Assembly (NCBI GenBank): GCA_049414405.1
Contig: JBMSAQ010000028.1
Coordinates: 1 to 10,698 of the forward strand
From: Candidatus Nanopusillus sp.
GTDB taxonomy: Archaea > Nanobdellota > Nanobdellia > Nanobdellales > Nanobdellaceae
Length of the DNA stretch: 10,698 bases
Direction: 5' to 3'
The translations under genes were made by a program, and so were the position numbers. Under the pieces are notes generated by a model, which saw only the letters and a program-made list of their open reading frames with translations, did not search any database and was not told where the DNA came from. This document shows, piece by piece, positions 6,612-10,698 of the stretch (positions are counted from its first letter, which is position 1; each line of letters opens with the position of its first letter).

Positions 6612-7049
6612 TTTTTATATTAAGTTTATGGAAATTTAAAAACAATATGAAAAATTTTATTAGTAGATATTGATTGAGATTATTTATGAAAAAAATTAGT
6701 AAATTTTTATGGATTTCCGAGTGGTTATTAAAGATTATCGTATATAATTATCTGAAGGTTTTTATATTCTCTAAAAAGGCAAAAGAATAATGAATATTAA
6801 TTTAACAGATTTTATAAAAAATTATATAATTTATTTTTTGTTCTATATTCTATATTATATTTTAAGACACTGTTATATATATTAACAATAGGATTTTTAG
6901 GATAAACTGAGATTAGAATGTCTTTTTGATGTTTATTATTAAACATATTATTTTATTTAGTGAAATTAAAATGTCTAGTTTAATTTACTAGATTTATAAA
7001 CAGACTTACTACTAAATAACAAAAATAAAAATTTTGCCAGAATAAATTT

Positions 7050-7970
7050 ATGATAATGGAACACAATCTTGACAAAATTTTACAAAGACAAACAATAAAT
7101 ATTATAAGTCTTATGCTAATTACATTATTTTTATATTTTAAGAATGGTATCTATAAATCTAAATACTTATTAAATGAAATAGAAAATATAAAAAAGAAGA
7201 TGAAAAATAACAAAGAAATTATGAAACACTTTAAAGTTGAGTATAAGTCAATAAAAAGTTTAGAATTTTTTCATTATTTCTGGTCAATGCATAATAAAGA
7301 AACAATTATTGATTATTCTAGTCATCAATCACCTGAAAATACTACAAAAATATGTATATCAGTTTATGAAGAGCTGGGAGAAATAATGGGAGTACCGTTT
7401 AATTATGAGTCTTTTGATAAGAAAGGATCTTTAGTCTGTATTGATAAAAAAGCTGTAGAAAAATGGGGGTTAATTCTTGCATTTGAATTGGACAATATTT
7501 TAATATATCAAAATTTAGATTTTGATTTATTACCATATAGAATGGGGAAGAAATTTGCAGAAGAAATAATTTTAAATATAATAAAAAAGAAATATTATGT
7601 AAATCCATTTGAAATAATTAATTTTGTTTTTGCTTCCTTTGTTAATGGATTATTAGATGGTTTCTTTGAAAAATATAGAAAACTAGATAAAAAAGAAATT
7701 GAAGAAATATCTAAAAATGTCTATATATTCAAAAGCGGAGAAGAATACTTAAACACTTTAAAAAGAATGTTGGAATTTATATACAATAAGAAGCTCCAGA
7801 ATATTATAAGAAATACTATAAGTTTAATTGAAGAAAATAAAGAATTATTTAAAGAAATAGAGAATTATGGGAGGATATTGGGATATACTTTGGGAGAATA
7901 TTTAGATAATAATCCAAAAAAGATTTATGAAATATATAATAAATATACAGAAATTATTGCTGCTCTTTAG
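7050..7970 (+). CDS. Hypothetical protein with one N-terminal TM segment; no recognisable family
   Basis: 306-aa ORF (alternative ATG at 7056) with a hydrophobic INIISLMLITLFLYF followed by a K/E/N-rich soluble region. An AT-rich box at 7021-7035 lies about 25 nt upstream, and two T6 runs follow the stop (7976-7981 and 7989-7994). Confidence 0.6.
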   Translation: MIMEHNLDKILQRQTINIISLMLITLFLYFKNGIYKSKYLLNEIENIKKKMKNNKEIMKHFKVEYKSIKSLEFFHYFWSMHNKETIIDYSSHQSPENTTKICISVYEELGEIMGVPFNYESFDKKGSLVCIDKKAVEKWGLILAFELDNILIYQNLDFDLLPYRMGKKFAEEIILNIIKKKYYVNPFEIINFVFASFVNGLLDGFFEKYRKLDKKEIEEISKNVYIFKSGEEYLNTLKRMLEFIYNKKLQNIIRNTISLIEENKELFKEIENYGRILGYTLGEYLDNNPKKIYEIYNKYTEIIAAL

Positions 7971-8035
7971 CTTTCTTTTTTATTACCATTTTTTGTGAAA
8001 TTATTATATTATTTGGGATCGTTACAATGTTTCCA

Positions 8036-8104
8036 TCATTTCTTAATGCTTTTGTAAACATTGCATTTATATCTATTATTTTTATTTGTCATATTATATA
8101 GCAT
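8036..8104 (-). CDS. Candidate 22-aa basic micro-protein (MLYNMTNKNNRYKCNVYKSIKK) preceded by an SD-like AAGGAGGA
   Basis: On the minus strand AAGGAGGA (plus coordinates 8111-8118) sits 6 nt upstream of the ATG at 8104. I noticed no other strong SD-like motif in the window. The peptide composition is what random AT-rich sequence would give. Confidence 0.2.
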   Translation of the reverse strand: MLYNMTNKNNRYKCNVYKSIKK

Positions 8105-8124
8105 TTGTAATCCTCCTTAAAGAA

Positions 8125-8214
8125 TCACTGTACAATTCCCATCGCTACTACAAATATTGCTAAATATATAATAAATCTTGTTAAAGCTTTACCTAGAGAA
8201 TCCTCATTTGCCAT
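8125..8214 (-). CDS. Candidate 29-aa hydrophobic micro-protein (MANEDSLGKALTRFIIYLAIFVVAMGIVQ)
   Basis: Translated by hand from the minus strand. It has one TM-length hydrophobic stretch, and its stop is followed 6 nt later by an AAGGAGGA motif preceding a second short ORF. No homology evidence. Confidence 0.25.
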   Translation of the reverse strand: MANEDSLGKALTRFIIYLAIFVVAMGIVQ

Positions 8215-8395
8215 ACCTATAAATAAGAAATTTTATTATTACTTCTTGTTAAATTAAGACAAAATTTTTATAATTGATAATAGGATAACTGTATTTGCAT
8301 ATATAGTAGGATAATCACACTGCCTGTTTTTGTATTATATAAGTAAAGTTTTAATGTTAATAAAATTTAAAAGTAACAAGATTTTTATTCTTTTA

Positions 8396-8971
8396 ATGGG
8401 GTCTTGGCTTATTGTTGTTATTATTTTAATAGTATTTCTAGTACTAGCAATAGGATTTTACATAGCAGTATACAACTCTTTAATAGCATTGAAGAAAAAT
8501 GCAGAAAAGGCATGGTCTAATATAGATGTATTATTGCAGAAGAGACATGATGCGTTAATAAAACTAGTGGAAACGGTTAGTAGTTATTTAAGATATGAGA
8601 AATCTGTTTTTGAGAGGGTAACTCAACTGAGATCTCAATTTATGAGTATACCTCCAGATGATATACAGGGAAAGATAAATTTATCAAATATGATTACAGG
8701 AATGTTTAGGTATCTATTTGCAGTAGTAGAAAATTATCCAGATTTAAAAGCTAATCAAAATGTAATGCACTTACAACAAATAATTGTTGAGTTAGAATCG
8801 CAATTAGCAGATGCGAGACAATTTTATAATGAAGCAGTAACAATGTTAAATACAAAGATAGAACAGATACCATATAATTTTATTGCTAGTATGGCTGGTA
8901 TAAAACCAATGCCTTTATATAGAGCACCTGAAGAAGCAAAACGAGATGTATCTACAAGGCTAGAATTCTGA
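8396..8971 (+). CDS. lemA: LemA family membrane protein
   Basis: MGSWLIVVIILIVFLVLAIGFYIAVYNSLIALKKNAEKAWSNIDVLLQKRHDALIKLVETV matches the LemA N-terminal TM plus the 'YN.L..l.n....aws.IdvqLkrRhDLip.LVetv' signature. The start is uncertain: in-frame upstream candidates are ATG 8354 and TTG 8330, and 8396 gives the canonical short N-terminus. Confidence 0.85.
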   Translation: MGSWLIVVIILIVFLVLAIGFYIAVYNSLIALKKNAEKAWSNIDVLLQKRHDALIKLVETVSSYLRYEKSVFERVTQLRSQFMSIPPDDIQGKINLSNMITGMFRYLFAVVENYPDLKANQNVMHLQQIIVELESQLADARQFYNEAVTMLNTKIEQIPYNFIASMAGIKPMPLYRAPEEAKRDVSTRLEF

Positions 8972-8975
8972 AAAT

Positions 8976-10280
8976 ATGCAACAAAATTTTTCAAATTTTT
9001 TTAATCCTGTAAACAAAAAACGAGAAAATTTACAACAAACAAATATTCAAAACTTTCAATATCAACAACAAGAAAATGAACAGAAAAATAAAAAATGGAC
9101 TTTTAAAGCATTTGAATTACCATATGCTAAAAATTTGTCAAGCACGAGAACCGAATATCATAATTATATACCTCCATATGCAAAAAATATCAAAGCAAAG
9201 AATTATATAGATTATGGAATTTATATAGTCATATTTATTTTCTGGTGGATATTTTCAGATACAATAATATTTCCAGTAGTATTATTAGTATCGTCTATTA
9301 TCTTAATTATTTTGGGTTTTAAGAAATATACAATATATAATATTTTAGCTAATACTCCAATTTCTAAAATACATGTTGCAACTTATGGTTTAAATAAAGT
9401 TAGGGGAAGGTTTATACCATACGGACACCAACCTTTAAAATCACCAATTAGTGGACAGGATTGTATATATTATTCTATTTCTACTTGGTATGTACATAAA
9501 GTAAGTAGAGGGAATAGTACATATTGGGAATCTAAATTTATAGATGGCTTTGCTGCTGGAATACCCGCATTACTCATAGATGAAACTGGTTTTTTAGCAG
9601 TAGATTTAGAAAAGGCACCAAATATTGAAGCAAGAACTAATATAATTGAAATACAGCCATATAGTTTAGCAATAAATACTTTAGGTTTAATAAGTATGCT
9701 TGCTATTAAAAAGATTAGCGATGATGTACTTTCATATGTAAAACAAGCTGCAAGTATGAATACTCAAGTAAATTTATTTAATATGAAAAATTATGGTTTT
9801 AGATTGGAACATAGTAAAACAAGAGACTTAAAAAGATATGTAATGGCTGGAGAAGTATTGCCATCAGAATTTAATATTGGAGCAAAAATAGAGAGAACCT
9901 TTATGCCATTCAGGAAACACTATTATATATACTTAGTAGAACAATATATACCAATTAATGAAGATTATATTGTTATAGGAGGATTTACAGATACTGGAAA
10001 AATGATAAATATGAAACCAGTAAAGGTTACTGTTCCAGACATGTCTACAGGTATTTTAGGATTATTCTTAGCAAATACATATACTAAAGGTAGCATTAAT
10101 ATGGGTGGAAGAACAGTAAAAACTTCAATCCCAAGTTTGAATGATATTATAATGTCTTTATTATCAAAAAGAATGGAAAGTTATGGAGCCAAATTCTTTA
10201 CATTAGCTATTGTGAATATATTCTTCGGAATTATCTTATTAATTTGGGCAATTCTATTGCTAATTGGAATTTTATTATAA
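8976..10280 (+). CDS. GIDE-like (MUL1 / E3-ligase-family 'GIDE' domain) membrane protein without a RING domain, with a Q/N-rich N-terminal extension
   Basis: It starts 4 nt after the LemA stop. It has two TM segments (res ~79-115) and a C-terminal hydrophobic tail (res ~408-434). Between them, ILANTPISKIHVATYGLNKVRGRFIPYGHQPLKSPISGQDCIYY (nt 9342-9473) parallels the prokaryotic GIDE signature I recall ('I.dTPTSkIrsAaqGyvEl.G....plkaPlSg..CvwY'). Later, YLVEQYIPINEDYIVIGGF resembles the 'E..l..G..vyvlG' motif. Confidence 0.7.
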   Translation: MQQNFSNFFNPVNKKRENLQQTNIQNFQYQQQENEQKNKKWTFKAFELPYAKNLSSTRTEYHNYIPPYAKNIKAKNYIDYGIYIVIFIFWWIFSDTIIFPVVLLVSSIILIILGFKKYTIYNILANTPISKIHVATYGLNKVRGRFIPYGHQPLKSPISGQDCIYYSISTWYVHKVSRGNSTYWESKFIDGFAAGIPALLIDETGFLAVDLEKAPNIEARTNIIEIQPYSLAINTLGLISMLAIKKISDDVLSYVKQAASMNTQVNLFNMKNYGFRLEHSKTRDLKRYVMAGEVLPSEFNIGAKIERTFMPFRKHYYIYLVEQYIPINEDYIVIGGFTDTGKMINMKPVKVTVPDMSTGILGLFLANTYTKGSINMGGRTVKTSIPSLNDIIMSLLSKRMESYGAKFFTLAIVNIFFGIILLIWAILLLIGILL

Positions 10281-10369
10281 AATTTTTATAATGAAATAGT
10301 TATAAAGAGTAGTAAGATTTATTTTATATAATATTCTTAAATATTATTTAGAAGTATGACTTCTAATGA

Positions 10370-10379
10370 TTTATAAATA
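10370..10379 (+). promoter_or_regulatory. TATA-like box (tttataaata) for the ATPase gene
   Basis: Centred about 27 nt upstream of the ATG at 10402, with no SD. Confidence 0.45.
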
Positions 10380-10401
10380 TGTTAGAAGTATTAATTCTAA
10401 T

Positions 10402-10698
10402 ATGAATGATGAACTACTATATTACTTTAATCCGTGGTATATTAATCAAAAAGATATAGTAATAGAAAGATGGGAAAATATGAAAATAAGATGGATACCT
10501 GAATGGTTAAAAGATATTTCTTTAGAGTCATTTTCGCTAAATTTTATTATAGGACCCAGACAGGTTGGTAAAACAACCGGAATAAAATTATTAATAAATA
10601 AATTATTGGAAAATAATGATCCTTGGTCTATATTTTATTATGATTGTTCAAATTTAACAAATTTTGAAGAGCTAAGAAGAGTAATTGATTATTATTTA
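10402..10698 (+). CDS. AAA_14/DUF4143-type P-loop ATPase, N-terminal fragment (runs off the window)
   Basis: Hand translation gives MNDELLYYFNPWYINQKDIVIERWENMKIRWIPEWLKDISLESFSLNFIIGPRQVGKTTGIKLLINKLLE..., open to base 10698. The 'NPW' opening and the Walker A GPRQVGKTT (nt 10552-10578) are typical of this ATPase family, which is abundant in archaea. Confidence 0.8.
   Translation, partial: MNDELLYYFNPWYINQKDIVIERWENMKIRWIPEWLKDISLESFSLNFIIGPRQVGKTTGIKLLINKLLENNDPWSIFYYDCSNLTNFEELRRVIDYYL

Noticed and set aside
6686-6946. Short ORFs in the long intergenic region: 6686-6790 (+) 34 aa and 6812-6946 (-) 44 aa
   Set aside because: Their N/K/Y/I-dominated composition is what random AT-rich sequence yields, and there is no motif or convincing promoter geometry for the minus-strand one. 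They are kept only as context for the long-intergenic finding.
4642-7608. Other short antisense ORFs (4642-4866, 6418-6639, 7399-7608)
   Set aside because: Each is nested opposite a longer, better-supported CDS and has AT-biased, low-complexity composition with no motif.
6888-8314. TAGGAT(AA) boxes in the intergenic regions flanking the orphan gene (6889, 6898, 8281, 8307), considered as att-like direct repeats or a shared operator
   Set aside because: TAGGAT also occurs several times inside CDSs in this window (e.g. near 1174, 2010, 8453, 10058). The longest shared match is only ~11 nt with an indel, and no integrase, tRNA or terminal inverted repeats accompany it. Chance is a sufficient explanation.
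1-10698. Scan for CRISPR arrays, tRNA/rRNA genes, transposases, integrases and long terminal repeats
   Set aside because: No regularly spaced repeats, no GC-rich structured segments or T-loop-like GTTCRA motifs outside CDSs, and no ORF with transposase or integrase hallmarks were seen. This by-eye scan cannot exclude small or divergent elements.

Overview
This is a visibly AT-rich stretch (I did not compute composition) that reads as an archaeal chromosomal segment. Almost every gene has a TATA-like box centred about 25-29 nt upstream of its ATG and no Shine-Dalgarno, which indicates leaderless mRNAs. Several proteins carry Thr-rich linkers, N-x-S/T sequons and twin-arginine signals. Lineage is uncertain; a thermoacidophilic or crenarchaeal-type organism is only a guess. 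The ends carry recognisable genes: the 3' end of a 2-oxoacid:ferredoxin oxidoreductase alpha subunit (1-342) and the 5' end of an AAA_14-type ATPase (10402-10698). Between them the window is dominated by membrane and secreted proteins. These are a zinc-ribbon ORF and a polytopic membrane ORF that look like one gene split at a C7 homopolymer, an endonuclease V-family pyrimidine-dimer glycosylase, two small membrane proteins, and an HTH plus coiled-coil protein. There is also a two-gene unit in which both products have near-consensus Tat signals (one with a Thr-rich stalk, one resembling a clan GH-A glycosidase), a single-domain EamA transporter, an orphan 306-aa protein flanked by unusually long intergenic regions, and a tightly coupled LemA + GIDE-like membrane protein pair. 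I found no rRNA, tRNA, CRISPR array, transposase or integrase. The observations most worth follow-up are the LemA/GIDE-like module, the homopolymer-split gene and the Tat-signal pair. All family calls come from motif recognition by eye and need HMM or structure confirmation.
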